Below are positions 34,025 through 44,466 of a stretch of 64,000 nt of DNA, one piece after another. This stretch comes from a virus, in IMG/VR virus record IMGVR_UViG_3300008262_000008. One strand, given 5' to 3'. The notes under the pieces are model-generated. The model saw only the letters and a program-made list of their open reading frames with translations, was not told the DNA's origin and did no database searches. The position numbers were made by a program, and so were the translations under genes. The stretch's first letter is position 1, and every line of letters starts with the position of its first letter.

Positions 34025-34335
34025 ACTGATTTAAACTCCTGAAGTCCATTGTTAGTGCGGGAATAGTGTTTGTCAAAGTGAAGTAGTAGCATAGCATAGT
34101 GAATAACTTTGAGCAGATCACGCTTGTTATGACCATCTTTATCACCATAACGAGATCCATATTTCAGGATATTTGCTTGACAGAAATCTGCTGCTAGTCC
34201 TTTTGCTGCCATAAGGTCAATAGTCTGAATATCTGAATATTCATCATCGTGCCCACAATAATGGCTGCCATAAGTGCTTACAACATAGTCTTCAACATCT
34301 TTAAGGATTTTATCCTCATTGTACTTCCATTGCAT
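34021..34335 (-). CDS. DUF3310-like conserved phage protein
   Basis: HY...NILKYGSRYGDKDG...DLLKVIHYA. Confidence 0.7.
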   Translation of the reverse strand: MQWKYNEDKILKDVEDYVVSTYGSHYCGHDDEYSDIQTIDLMAAKGLAADFCQANILKYGSRYGDKDGHNKRDLLKVIHYAMLLLHFDKHYSRTNNGLQEFKSV

Positions 34336-34353
34336 AATAAATAAATCTCCAGT

Positions 34354-34378
34354 AAAAAGGGGAGGAACGACCTCCCCG
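34354..34378 (-). terminator. Rho-independent terminator after the CobS-like gene
   Basis: GGGGAGG-TCGTT-CCTCCCC-TTTTT. Confidence 0.8.
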
Positions 34379-34386
34379 TTAGTATA

Positions 34387-35451
34387 TCAGAAAGGTGCTT
34401 GTTCGTCAACCGTAGTTTCAACCTTTTCATCCACCTTAGAATACAGATCCAAGAAAGATTGTTTGGTGTCAGCATCGAAACGGTTCACACACACTTCAAT
34501 TGCCTTATCACGTTTGCCAAAGATCTTGTATGCCTTGGCAATGTGAACCAAGCGGCGAGTGCTGATTACTTCATCCACGCCACCATCATAGAAGGTCTTA
34601 CGGATCACTTGTGCCCAGCGCACCAGTTTCTCAGCAAAGTCATCATCCTGACCGTCAAGTGCCTGAGAAACAATCTTCACCTCAGTCTTTTCTGCAGGAT
34701 AGTCTTGCTCAAACGTGATCGGGAAACGCTCAAGGAATGCTTCGTTCAGAACGTTGGTGCCGATGAAGCGACCATCATCAGAACCTTTGCCCTTGGTGTT
34801 AGCAGTAGCAACCACACTAAAACCGTCAGCAGGAATAACATACTTGCCAGTTTTCTTCAGATAAAGACCAGAACCCTCCAAAATGGACTGCAGACACAGG
34901 ATCTTATTAGAAGCAAGATCAACTTCATCAAGCAGCAGAACGGCGCCCCGTTGCATTGCCTCAATCACAGGACCATTATGCCAGACAGTCTCACCATTCA
35001 CTAGACGGAACCCGCCGATCAGATCATCCTCATCAGTCTCAATTGTGATGTTGACACGGATCAGTTCACGCTTCAGTTGAGCACATGCTTGCTCCACACC
35101 AAAAGTCTTACCGTTACCAGACAGACCAGTAATAAAGATAGGATAGAACTGCTTAGATTGAATAATCTTCTTCAGATCAGCAAAGTTCCCGAACGGGACA
35201 AAACTAGCATCCTTAGCAGGAACATAGGACTTAATTTCCCGAACGGGATCAACAGCAGGAGATGCAAAATTTTCTTCCAGTTTCTCTACTTCCAAGGTCC
35301 ATACTCCGCGTCCAGTTTTATAATTAGCAAGTTTCTTACTAAGAGTTTGATAGGTAGTGCCCATCTCAGCAGCATATTCCTGTAGTTGAGGGGCAGTGAC
35401 GGTATTGCCAAATCGTTGTTGCAGTTCAGAGATTTCCACAGTTTTGGTCAT
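34387..35451 (-). CDS. cobS: CobS-like MoxR-family AAA+ ATPase
   Basis: GLSGNGKT, LLDEVD, ANTKGKG, AFLERF; start trimmed to MTKTVE. Confidence 0.88.
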   Translation of the reverse strand: MTKTVEISELQQRFGNTVTAPQLQEYAAEMGTTYQTLSKKLANYKTGRGVWTLEVEKLEENFASPAVDPVREIKSYVPAKDASFVPFGNFADLKKIIQSKQFYPIFITGLSGNGKTFGVEQACAQLKRELIRVNITIETDEDDLIGGFRLVNGETVWHNGPVIEAMQRGAVLLLDEVDLASNKILCLQSILEGSGLYLKKTGKYVIPADGFSVVATANTKGKGSDDGRFIGTNVLNEAFLERFPITFEQDYPAEKTEVKIVSQALDGQDDDFAEKLVRWAQVIRKTFYDGGVDEVISTRRLVHIAKAYKIFGKRDKAIEVCVNRFDADTKQSFLDLYSKVDEKVETTVDEQAPF

Positions 35452-35484
35452 GATGAAGGGGTTGCTCCCGTCGATTACCTTAGT

Positions 35485-35513
35485 AGTATAGGGCATCGGC
35501 GGTCAGGGGTCAA
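35485..35513 (-). promoter_or_regulatory. Early sigma70-type promoter
   Basis: TTGACC-17 nt-TATACT. Confidence 0.8.
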
Positions 35514-37651
35514 GCCACCTGACCCACGAACTTCGATAAGATTGTCTTATTGATCATCTTGCCAGTCATATGTTTTTTAAATGCGGTGGCAAGTTGTCCC
35601 TTAGTTGCATTTTCTTTTACTTGAATTTCATTAGTATTTTCTTCCTGTTTAGGATTCCAATAACGATAAGGATTATAGTTACTCTTAGGAAGTTGCATCA
35701 GATAAAGTTCATCAAATCCAGTACCTTTAATTGCAACTGACTTATTCTTCTCCCACTCTTTATTAAGATTTGCAGCATCCATAAAATCCATTCCAGCACA
35801 ACTTGCCTGCAAACGAATTTCAGATTTACTGCAAAGACGGAAACCTAGAAGATTAGCATCAACGATATTAGAAATATATTCTACAAAAGCATTGGTGATA
35901 CCTTTTTCAAAATTAACTTGTCGTTGATAACGAGAATTAGGATCACGGACCACGCAAACACGATCACCATACATCGGTTGAGAATGAATTTTGGTCATAG
36001 CAGCGATGTATTTGTTATACATCGGGTAGCAAGCTTCACCATCAGAAAGATAAACAACATTCACTTTCTGAACTTTCTCTTCACTTTTAAATTTATTAAT
36101 AACCTGAGGAGTTGTAATAATGGTTTCTACCAAAGGAGTGCCAGATAGAGAATAATCAATATTATAAGAACCGTTAGAATTATAAAAACTATCACAGTTA
36201 TAGTACATATATTCCATCATCTTATCAAGAGTTTGAGAATTCATCTTGGAAGAAAAGAACTCAAGCAAACGAAACGACTTGTCAATATGTACATCATTTA
36301 GTTTAAGTTTGGCAGGAATACCAGGGAAAAGATGATCATTATGACATGAATCGGAGAACGCATAGACACGGAAAGGAATGCCAACCTTCTTACAGAACCA
36401 GATCAAATCATACAGTTGCTTAATGGTAGGAACCATAGTATTAGACATAGAACCAGACCAATCAAGATAGAACACTAGACCATGGTTTTTACCATCAGGA
36501 ATAGTAGTAACTTTCTTAAAGAGATCCTCATTCCACTTGAAGGTATGAAGTTTCTGCGTATCAAGAACTCCAGTGTTGGAAGTGTTAGCACGATGATATT
36601 GATCAGCAGCTTTCTTGCACTCAAACTCTTTTGCAAGATAATTAACAGTCTTGATACTCTCTTTTTTATAAGTACGATAGTTCTCTACAGACCGTGAATA
36701 TGGATCTGGATTCACAATCTTTTGATTGTTTGTCCAATATTCAAAATCACTATAAGTTTTTTTGAAAGGCACAATCATCTTGTCCAAATTAACAGTTGGA
36801 ATAGATGCATAGATATATTCTTTAGCATTCTTGTCCACAAGATCCTGTCGATTATCATCCATAGCGCGTTGAGTTTCAGAAGTGAATTCATCAACGGTTT
36901 CGTTCTTACCAGCACCATTATTGGAACCACCCATTTCTGGAGTAGAATCACCCCCTTCTTGAGTAGTTTCTACCTGTGAACCAGAACCCTCAACTTCACT
37001 ATTAGAAGGACCAGATTGTTGTTGCTCAACTTGATCTCCACCACCAGCAGAAGACTGGGGAGGATTAGGCATATCAACTTTCATCTTTTCTTCTTTCTTT
37101 CGATTGAGATAATCCATCAGATCCATTCCAAGATCGACAACATCATCAAAAGTTTCAGTCTCAGCAGTACGATTAATCCACTGCATTTCTTCACGTTCAA
37201 AAGGAACGATGGTGCGATTACCAAACACACCACATTTAAAATGAACGTTGATGCGATCGATCAGAGACAACTTGCTAAGATCTTTACCTTGGATCTCAAA
37301 AAAGTTCTTCTCATCCAGTTCAGAATATCCACGGTAAAAAGATTTTGCCAGACCAGGATAACGTCGCTTCATGAGTTTTTCAACCCGAACATCCTCCAGC
37401 ACGTTCAGAATGTCCTGTGGGACCGCCTGAGTAGCAGAGGTATAGTCTATAGGGGTATAGAGGGCATGACCGACTTCATGCCCCACCAGCATGTCGTATA
37501 CGTCCGCAGAAACGTCCTTCCAGATCGGCAGGCAAAGGATACGGTTCAGCACGTCGAAATATGCAGTCTCCACATTGCGATGCTCCACATTCAGGTTCTC
37601 AGTGGCAAGCAGTTTGGCAAGGGTTCCTTTAACTTCGGTGTTGACGGTCAT
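35510..37651 (-). CDS. CobT-like protein with an N-terminal HExxH domain and a C-terminal VWA/MIDAS domain
   Basis: HEVGHALYT; LDWSGSM MIDAS; GTPL; LSDGE. Confidence 0.85.
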   Translation of the reverse strand: MTVNTEVKGTLAKLLATENLNVEHRNVETAYFDVLNRILCLPIWKDVSADVYDMLVGHEVGHALYTPIDYTSATQAVPQDILNVLEDVRVEKLMKRRYPGLAKSFYRGYSELDEKNFFEIQGKDLSKLSLIDRINVHFKCGVFGNRTIVPFEREEMQWINRTAETETFDDVVDLGMDLMDYLNRKKEEKMKVDMPNPPQSSAGGGDQVEQQQSGPSNSEVEGSGSQVETTQEGGDSTPEMGGSNNGAGKNETVDEFTSETQRAMDDNRQDLVDKNAKEYIYASIPTVNLDKMIVPFKKTYSDFEYWTNNQKIVNPDPYSRSVENYRTYKKESIKTVNYLAKEFECKKAADQYHRANTSNTGVLDTQKLHTFKWNEDLFKKVTTIPDGKNHGLVFYLDWSGSMSNTMVPTIKQLYDLIWFCKKVGIPFRVYAFSDSCHNDHLFPGIPAKLKLNDVHIDKSFRLLEFFSSKMNSQTLDKMMEYMYYNCDSFYNSNGSYNIDYSLSGTPLVETIITTPQVINKFKSEEKVQKVNVVYLSDGEACYPMYNKYIAAMTKIHSQPMYGDRVCVVRDPNSRYQRQVNFEKGITNAFVEYISNIVDANLLGFRLCSKSEIRLQASCAGMDFMDAANLNKEWEKNKSVAIKGTGFDELYLMQLPKSNYNPYRYWNPKQEENTNEIQVKENATKGQLATAFKKHMTGKMINKTILSKFVGQVA

Positions 37652-37675
37652 ACGGTCCTCGTTTGGTATGTACCT

Positions 37676-37704
37676 AATATAGAGTATCAGGATCCATGGG
37701 TCAA
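37676..37704 (-). promoter_or_regulatory. Early sigma70-type promoter
   Basis: TTGACC-17 nt-TATATT. Confidence 0.7.
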
Positions 37705-37733
37705 GGGGTTGACCGATAAAAATTACTTATCAA

Positions 37734-37806
37734 TGGAGAATAGCGGACTCGAACCGCTGACATCCTGCTTGCAAAGCAGGCGCTCTACCAACTGAGCTAA
37801 TTCCCC
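37734..37806 (-). tRNA. tRNA-Ala (TGC)
   Basis: GGGGAAT/ATTCTCC acceptor with G3-U70, loop TTTGCAA; upstream TTGACA-17-TATTCT. Confidence 0.95.
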
Positions 37807-37840
37807 AAGAAACCTAGAATACACTAGGTATTTAGTTTTG

Positions 37841-39568
37841 TCAAGATTTCAAAGTTTCATCAACAATTTTACTAAAATCTTGAACCTTATCAAATTTAAT
37901 GTTGTTTACAAATCTATCTGTTAGAATTTCTCCTTTATGAGAAATAACAAATACATTAGTAGAACTGTCTAAATTTTTAAGAATTTTAAGTAGATCTTCA
38001 GTACCATTGGTGTCCAAAGAACTATCAAAAACTTCATCTAATATAAGAAGATTAGTAGAAACACTATTCTTCATTCTAGCAATCTCTCTCCAACAGAATA
38101 GAATTGATAGGTCAATCTTTTGTTTTTCACCCTCAGAAAAAGAAGAATAACTAAAAGCATCCCTATAACGAGATTTAATTATTTCATTAAACTCTTCATC
38201 AAGAGTAAAGTTGGCATAGAAGTCCATGCTTGCCAAATATTTATTGATTAATTTATTAAAGATTGGAACATATTTTTTAATAATCTGCGACTTAATTCCA
38301 CTATCTTTTAATAGGTTAGAAATAACTTCATAGATATTTTTTTGTCTGGAAACTTCAGAACAACGTTTTTCAGTTTGAAAGTATTCTTCTTGATAAACTT
38401 CCAATTTACCTTGCATCTTAGCAATATCAGGAGATGCAGAAAGACGATTGATTTCCTCTTTCAAACTAGAAATTGAATTTTCATTTCTATTGATAATGTT
38501 AGAAAGATGAAAAACCTTTGATGTGTTTGACTTCATAACATCTCTACGTTCTTGAAGAATGGTAAATTTACCATCAAGATCTTCAATCTGCTGACTCATC
38601 TTGCCGAGAGCATCAATGTATTGTAGAGTTTTACCACGAAGATCGGAAATTTTCCGATCTTTGAATTCTTTTTCGATAGTTTGAGTACACGTTGGACATG
38701 TATCATTATCATGAAAAAAGTCTAGATTTTTTTCTGCATCGTTTTTATTGTGAGTGATTTTAAAATGCAGTTCATTAATTTTCTTAATCTGTTTCTTTAG
38801 ATCATCGATCTCTGATGTATGAGCATCAATGTCAAGACTTTCTGCTTCAAGCATATTGATTTGCTTTTGAAGATCAAAGATTTCCTCTTCAATCTTAGCA
38901 ATCTCTTTCTCTTTAGTGAGAATTACATCCCCATTCGCTGTTTGCGAATTGCGAATGTACTCTTCCTGCATCTTAACCTTCTCTTCTGCAGACTTGAGTT
39001 CATAGGTACAATCTCTTTGTTGTTCCTGGGTCAAACGAAGACGTTCTTTTAAAAGAATATTCATTGTAGAAAAGATTTGAATATCCAGAATATCTTCAAT
39101 AACTTCCCGACGATATGCAGGAGTTAGTTGCATGAAAGGTACAAAAGTAGAAGATCCAAGAATTACAACTTGAGTAAAACTCTTAAAGTTCATTTTCAGA
39201 ACATTCTGCTCTAACCATTTTTGTTGATCAAGTGTTGCTGCATCTTGATCCAAAAGGACACCATCTTTATAGATATTAAATTTTGCTGGTTTAATACCTC
39301 TAACAACTTTCCATTTTAGTGTTCCAATACCAAACTCAATTTCAACTATGCAATCTTTTTCATTAATTGAATTTACAAGTTGGGGTTTATTAATTTTACG
39401 AAATGGTTTATTAAACAACCCAAAACAAATTGCATCAAGGATAGTGCTTTTACCTGCACCATTTGAACCTTGAATTAGAGTTGAAGAATTTGTATTAAGT
39501 TCAATTTCAGTGAATTGATTTCCAGTTGAAAGGAAATTTTTCCATCTAATCTTTTCAAAAATAATCAT
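37841..39568 (-). CDS. gp46: Recombination endonuclease subunit gp46 (Rad50/SbcC-like)
   Basis: GSNGAGKS, CPTC hook, FSEGEK signature, LDEVFD. Confidence 0.96.
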   Translation of the reverse strand: MIIFEKIRWKNFLSTGNQFTEIELNTNSSTLIQGSNGAGKSTILDAICFGLFNKPFRKINKPQLVNSINEKDCIVEIEFGIGTLKWKVVRGIKPAKFNIYKDGVLLDQDAATLDQQKWLEQNVLKMNFKSFTQVVILGSSTFVPFMQLTPAYRREVIEDILDIQIFSTMNILLKERLRLTQEQQRDCTYELKSAEEKVKMQEEYIRNSQTANGDVILTKEKEIAKIEEEIFDLQKQINMLEAESLDIDAHTSEIDDLKKQIKKINELHFKITHNKNDAEKNLDFFHDNDTCPTCTQTIEKEFKDRKISDLRGKTLQYIDALGKMSQQIEDLDGKFTILQERRDVMKSNTSKVFHLSNIINRNENSISSLKEEINRLSASPDIAKMQGKLEVYQEEYFQTEKRCSEVSRQKNIYEVISNLLKDSGIKSQIIKKYVPIFNKLINKYLASMDFYANFTLDEEFNEIIKSRYRDAFSYSSFSEGEKQKIDLSILFCWREIARMKNSVSTNLLILDEVFDSSLDTNGTEDLLKILKNLDSSTNVFVISHKGEILTDRFVNNIKFDKVQDFSKIVDETLKS

Positions 39569-39816
39569 CGGGGTGGCACTACAAAATCATTAGGTTCAAT
39601 AATGCAATATTTGTAACCAAATATATTGCAATTGTCAATAACAGCATTTTCATCTACTTCGGTAACTTCTAGAGGTTCACGATAGTCATCTGCTAATAGC
39701 AATCCATGATATCTTACTGCGTCATCTTTGTCAACAAACATTTGAACAGTTTTGATGCGATCTTTATTTTCGATCGCATAAACTCCTCCAGATTTTTTAG
39801 AAGTAAGAATATACAT
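39565..39816 (-). CDS. Small hypothetical protein between gp47 and gp46
   Basis: Coupled overlaps; position typical of cyanomyoviruses. Confidence 0.75.
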   Translation of the reverse strand: MYILTSKKSGGVYAIENKDRIKTVQMFVDKDDAVRYHGLLLADDYREPLEVTEVDENAVIDNCNIFGYKYCIIEPNDFVVPPR

Positions 39817-40865
39817 TAGACCTCCAATGCTTCAGTGTAAAGACTTTTTATTGCAGTCTTAACAAGATCTCTATCAACAGAATATTCAAAATTATCTATG
39901 TAATTTTCCAATAGAGTGATTGTATCTTCGGTCTGAAAATCTTCTTCACTTCCTTCAAATTCGACAGAAAGATCTTCAATAATTTTAACTTCTGCTGGAT
40001 TTGAATTATATACCATATTGATATACCGATCAAAAATTAATTGATCATTTTTACTTTCAACAAAAACTTTAACATATCTGTTTTCTAGATGTGAAAAATC
40101 TATTTCTGATGTGTAACAATTTTTAATATCATTATAATAAATCTTCTCAAACATCGTAAAAGGATTTCTATAAAATTTTAAACTCAAATCATCAGTATCC
40201 AAAACATGAAATCCCCTTTTGGATTGATAATCATTCCAATAAAGTTCGTAAGGGTTGCCAAGATAATACACATTACCCTTATTTGATTTACTATGAAAAT
40301 GACCTGAAAGAACCTTATCAAATTTCCTAAATGGATCTGTGGATATCCCATGATCCATTACAATTCCAGGCACAGTCTCAAAACCATTAAACTCAAGATG
40401 GCCCACACAGAGAGATGCGTTAGATTTTTCCAAAAGTTCGTAAACTCTGGATCGATTGTCATCACATATCCAAGGGATGCCAAGTACAGGCAAAGAACCA
40501 AGAAGGAATTCACCAGGGCCATCCATAATCTGAATGTTGCCATACTCTCCCAGGAGGAGAGATGGGGCATTAATTCTAAGAGTGTTTTTATAGTAGATGT
40601 CATGGTTTCCTACCAGCATGGTCATCGAGACACCCATATCTTGCAAAGGATTGAACCACATTTCTTTTGCCGCATCCAAAGAATTGAAGTTTACAGATTT
40701 ACGGCGGTCAAATGTATCACCCAAGCAAAGTACATGTTTAATTTTTGAGGCTTTAATAAAGGGTAATGCAATTTCAGTATAAAATTTTTTATAATACTCT
40801 ACATAAGTTTGCGAATCATTTCTCACTCCAAAATGTTGATCAGTAATAACAAAGACTTTACTCAT
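39816..40865 (-). CDS. gp47: Recombination endonuclease subunit gp47 (Mre11/SbcD-like)
   Basis: TDQHFG, LGDTFD, VGNHD, SGHFH. Confidence 0.96.
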   Translation of the reverse strand: MSKVFVITDQHFGVRNDSQTYVEYYKKFYTEIALPFIKASKIKHVLCLGDTFDRRKSVNFNSLDAAKEMWFNPLQDMGVSMTMLVGNHDIYYKNTLRINAPSLLLGEYGNIQIMDGPGEFLLGSLPVLGIPWICDDNRSRVYELLEKSNASLCVGHLEFNGFETVPGIVMDHGISTDPFRKFDKVLSGHFHSKSNKGNVYYLGNPYELYWNDYQSKRGFHVLDTDDLSLKFYRNPFTMFEKIYYNDIKNCYTSEIDFSHLENRYVKVFVESKNDQLIFDRYINMVYNSNPAEVKIIEDLSVEFEGSEEDFQTEDTITLLENYIDNFEYSVDRDLVKTAIKSLYTEALEV

Positions 40866-41332
40866 TAACCGTACCTACTGCTAGTTTCAACTTTAGATTT
40901 TATTTGTGAATAATTTGCATAATTTTCCACATCACCTGTAAATATTTGTTCAAAACCTGTCTTTTCAATTAATTTTTCCTTGATATCCATCTGACGTTTT
41001 TCTTTTGCAATCCTTCTTAGGAAGGCATAGTAAACAATCTGAGTAAAATATGCAAATGGATTTTTAGATTTTTCAGGATCAAAATTATCAATGTACTGAA
41101 TACAATTTTCAATCCCATCACATACCATATCATCTTTATACATGTAATTAATAAAGTTTGGTCGATACGATAGATGAGTTGCAATCTTAAGAAAACACTC
41201 ACCGAGATAGTTTGATACTCTTGGTTTTGTTAATCCTTTTTCTTTTGCAATAGCAACTTTATTCCTATAGACAATGATAGCCTCAAGAAAATCTTGATTA
41301 TTAATATAATGTTGTTTTTTCTTTTCGTTCAT
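40865..41332 (-). CDS. gp55: Late-transcription sigma factor gp55
   Basis: HYINN..F, IATHLSYRPNF, NPFAYFTQI; upstream TTGACA-16-TATACT. Confidence 0.95.
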   Translation of the reverse strand: MNEKKKQHYINNQDFLEAIIVYRNKVAIAKEKGLTKPRVSNYLGECFLKIATHLSYRPNFINYMYKDDMVCDGIENCIQYIDNFDPEKSKNPFAYFTQIVYYAFLRRIAKEKRQMDIKEKLIEKTGFEQIFTGDVENYANYSQIKSKVETSSRYG

Positions 41333-41469
41333 TGCTTTGGATTATCTTTGTTTACTAGTATACCGCAAAATAAAAATTTGTCAAGTCCCAAACACAAAAC
41401 GATGGGAGCTTGACAAACATTCAAATTATATGTACAATCATTCTTGTAAAGGATGAAATACTTAGAGAT

Positions 41470-41898
41470 TCAAAGCTTCTTAAATAATCTCTCTAATCTT
41501 TCTCTTTCTGCAGCAACTGAGTTAATATATCCCATCGCTGCGTCAGGTTCAACTTTATTATCTACTTTATCTTCTTCATCCGTTTCTTCGCTTCTTAGAA
41601 ACATATGATAAATGGCAGAAGCTTCTTTAGATGTTGGAGCAATTGATAAAATATCTTTTTCTTGAATAATATAAAATTCTTCTTCAGAAAATCTCATCCA
41701 TTTCGAAACTCCAACACCTTGAACCTTTTGCCCATTTTCTCCAACTCGTGTGATAACTTCGACAGAGCAAGGATTTGAAACATACAATACAGATTGTTCT
41801 CCTTCTTGCGACAAAAGACATTCAGCAATAATTTCATCTCCTGACGTGAGTTTAATTACTGCTTCAAATTCTTCTTCGTGTCGAATGTAGTTAATCAT
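41470..41898 (-). CDS. Conserved T4-like hypothetical protein
   Basis: IKLTSGDEII pattern; lies between uvsW and gp55. Confidence 0.75.
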   Translation of the reverse strand: MINYIRHEEEFEAVIKLTSGDEIIAECLLSQEGEQSVLYVSNPCSVEVITRVGENGQKVQGVGVSKWMRFSEEEFYIIQEKDILSIAPTSKEASAIYHMFLRSEETDEEDKVDNKVEPDAAMGYINSVAAERERLERLFKKL

Positions 41899-41899
41899 A

Positions 41900-43369
41900 C
41901 TAGTCTTTGATCTTAATTTCTAGAATTTCGTAGTCAAAATTTTCTTCATTATAAATTTTAATTCTTTCAAACAAATGATTTAAGGTGTAATTTTTGAAAT
42001 TGTCTTTAGAAATATCATCAGAGATATCATATAAAACTGCTTGATTTTTATTCTCTCCTTTTCTCAGAACTCTTCCGATTGATTGGAGGTTTCTGACTCT
42101 TGATTTACTAGGGGAAGCAAAGATAACATTATGTAAATTTCGGATGTTAATACCAGTAGAAAAAGTCCCGTAAGAAGCAACGATGATAGCATTGTTTTCC
42201 TTTTCAGTTATAGCTCTAATTCTTTCACGTTCTTCAGTTTCTATTCCACCATGAACAAGAAAGACTTTTCTCTGATCGTCAACACTAGTATTTATAAGTT
42301 CATAAAGAGGGTCTCCATGTTTTTCGACATAGTTGAAGAGTACAAGAGTATTTCCTTGCAGATCTCGACATAAGTTACGAATAAATTTATTCCGACCTTC
42401 ATGGGTGACAATATACTCCATTTCATTTTGATAACTTTCAAATTTTTTAAATTTGTGTTTCAACAATAAAACTTTAATTTTCAAACGAGATAGGTGACCT
42501 TCATTGATAAGATGATTTGTGTTTGTAACTTTATTGCATTTACCAAACAAACCTTCAAGAACTAATTGATTAGTATTGCTACCATCAAGAGTTCCTGTAA
42601 ATCCAACTCTATATTTGCACTGGTGCATTTTAGTTAAAATGCCTGTCAAAGATTTTGCTTTAAATAAATGTGCTTCATCTCCAATAACAGCATCAAACCT
42701 ATCAAACCATGCTTTATTTTCTTTGTAGATTGATTGCCAAGTTGTAATTACTACAGGTTGATCGATATGATATTTGTCTCTACCTGCATAAATTTTATAA
42801 CAATAATCTTCTGCTCTCCATCCATAATCTTCAAAGTCTTTATAAAGTTGCTCTACTAAAGAAGTTGTCGGAACAATAATTAAAACATTTCTATCAGCAT
42901 TAACATGATATCTAACTAAAGAATAAATCATCAAAGATTTTCCAGAAGCAGTTGGAGATAATAAAAGTCTCCTATTAAATCTCAATGCTTCATAAATTGC
43001 CATATACTGATAGTCTCTTACTTTGTGTGGTAAGTGCAAAGATTTTATGAAGGAAACTATTCCCTCAGGACTAATCAATTCATTTTCTTCTTTTGGGTGA
43101 CCATGAAATTTGCAAGTTTCATATTCAAGAGAATAACCTTTAATATCACACCATTCTTCCAAGTATTCTATTAAACCACAATATAATTCTCCTGTTCCTG
43201 GAGAATATAATCTAATTTTGCCGTCCCACAGTTTGTTTCTGTATTGTGGCATAAATTTTGCTGCAGGAACTTCAAAGGTAAAGTATTCTGCAAGTTCTAC
43301 ATTGATGTGAGGTTCTGTTTGTATTTTTAAATAGACTTCGTTCTTTTTCTTGATGATAAGATCACTCAT
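41900..43369 (-). CDS. uvsW: UvsW SF2 helicase
   Basis: SPTASGKS, GDEAH, QSIGRVLR. Confidence 0.96.
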   Translation of the reverse strand: MSDLIIKKKNEVYLKIQTEPHINVELAEYFTFEVPAAKFMPQYRNKLWDGKIRLYSPGTGELYCGLIEYLEEWCDIKGYSLEYETCKFHGHPKEENELISPEGIVSFIKSLHLPHKVRDYQYMAIYEALRFNRRLLLSPTASGKSLMIYSLVRYHVNADRNVLIIVPTTSLVEQLYKDFEDYGWRAEDYCYKIYAGRDKYHIDQPVVITTWQSIYKENKAWFDRFDAVIGDEAHLFKAKSLTGILTKMHQCKYRVGFTGTLDGSNTNQLVLEGLFGKCNKVTNTNHLINEGHLSRLKIKVLLLKHKFKKFESYQNEMEYIVTHEGRNKFIRNLCRDLQGNTLVLFNYVEKHGDPLYELINTSVDDQRKVFLVHGGIETEERERIRAITEKENNAIIVASYGTFSTGINIRNLHNVIFASPSKSRVRNLQSIGRVLRKGENKNQAVLYDISDDISKDNFKNYTLNHLFERIKIYNEENFDYEILEIKIKD

Positions 43370-43797
43370 TAAAATCCACCTTTAAATCTTTGCCATTCAA
43401 TAGCATTTTTGATTTGATACGTTCTATTTGATACCATCTTTAGAATGTTATCAAGATAAGACAGTATCTGATTTATGTATTCTATTTTTAAACCTAGTTT
43501 TTGAAGGTCATCATCTGCCTCCAAAAATAAAGTGATCTCTTCTTTTGTTGTTAGTTTTAAATCAAAAGGCAACTCCTTATACATTTCTTTTGGTGCCTTT
43601 CCCTTATAATACCTCCATTTATCACGCAGCAAAATTTTATACTTAAATTCGTTCTCTTTTTTTATTAGAGAGAACTCATTAAATATAACCATGTATTTTT
43701 GATGTAGTTGTGGAATTCTGGTGCTCTCCACACAAAGAAGATCATCATCAATAACAGAGTCTTCTGCCCACATTTTTTGAATTTCTTCTAAAGTCAT
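43369..43797 (-). CDS. uvsY: UvsY recombination mediator
   Basis: IPQLHQKY...RTYQIKNAIEW; synteny. Confidence 0.9.
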   Translation of the reverse strand: MTLEEIQKMWAEDSVIDDDLLCVESTRIPQLHQKYMVIFNEFSLIKKENEFKYKILLRDKWRYYKGKAPKEMYKELPFDLKLTTKEEITLFLEADDDLQKLGLKIEYINQILSYLDNILKMVSNRTYQIKNAIEWQRFKGGF

Positions 43798-43831
43798 TAC
43801 AAAACCTCACATGTAAATTAATTATAACATA

Positions 43832-44389
43832 TTATTCTTCTCTTCTCTGCCCCCTCAAAGTTCTAATTTCATAAACAGTATAAGCAAATGTTACTTGTGC
43901 AGTAAAGAATTGAACATCATCTGCGGCAACATTAAAATTCAAAGTTGATAGTTCTGTAGGAAATAAATCTTTATATACTACATCAAAATTTGCATTTAAA
44001 TTATTGTTTAATACTTGAAGTGTCCCATCACTAAATTGAACTTTTTTTCTCAACTCTCTTGAATTTGTATTGTCTTGTATAAATTGTCTTCTCTCTTCAA
44101 AATTGTCAGGAACACCTAATGCTCTGATCCAGTTATGTATTTCTAGATAATTTTGTAGATCTTCATCAACCAAAAATGATAATTCTAAAGTACCATATGT
44201 AATGTTTCCATCAATAGGATATGCTTTAAATGGAGTTGGAACATCTACAGTTCCTAAACTGATACTCGGAATATTTGCCTCTTGACAAAAGAATATTGTT
44301 TTTGGCGCACGATCGAGTAAAAACTTAAAACCAATTGGTGATAGAAAGTTTCTATTTGTAATTTGTTTTGAATACCAATCTGATGCCAT
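43832..44389 (-). CDS. gp3: Tail tube terminator gp3
   Basis: NRNFLSPIGFKF, NYLEIHNW, LFPTELS; synteny. Confidence 0.88.
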   Translation of the reverse strand: MASDWYSKQITNRNFLSPIGFKFLLDRAPKTIFFCQEANIPSISLGTVDVPTPFKAYPIDGNITYGTLELSFLVDEDLQNYLEIHNWIRALGVPDNFEERRQFIQDNTNSRELRKKVQFSDGTLQVLNNNLNANFDVVYKDLFPTELSTLNFNVAADDVQFFTAQVTFAYTVYEIRTLRGQRREE

Positions 44390-44421
44390 TGAACTAATAT
44401 TCCTTTGTATTATTTATCCAT

Positions 44422-44447
44422 AAAAAAAGAGGGTCCGAAGACCCTCT
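44422..44447 (-). terminator. Rho-independent terminator after gp23, followed by late promoter GATAAATA (44411-44418)
   Basis: AGAGGGTC-TTCG-GACCCTCT-TTTTTT. Confidence 0.88.
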
Positions 44448-44466
44448 GAGTAACCTTGTGAATGGA

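Noticed and set aside
34336-34344. AATAAATA late-promoter-like motif on the plus strand
   Set aside because: Points opposite to all local genes in an AT-rich spacer; likely chance
37016-37795. 259-aa plus-strand ORF, and the 201-aa ORF at 34399..35004
   Set aside because: Antisense to the CobT-like gene, tRNA-Ala and cobS; explained by codon bias of the real genes
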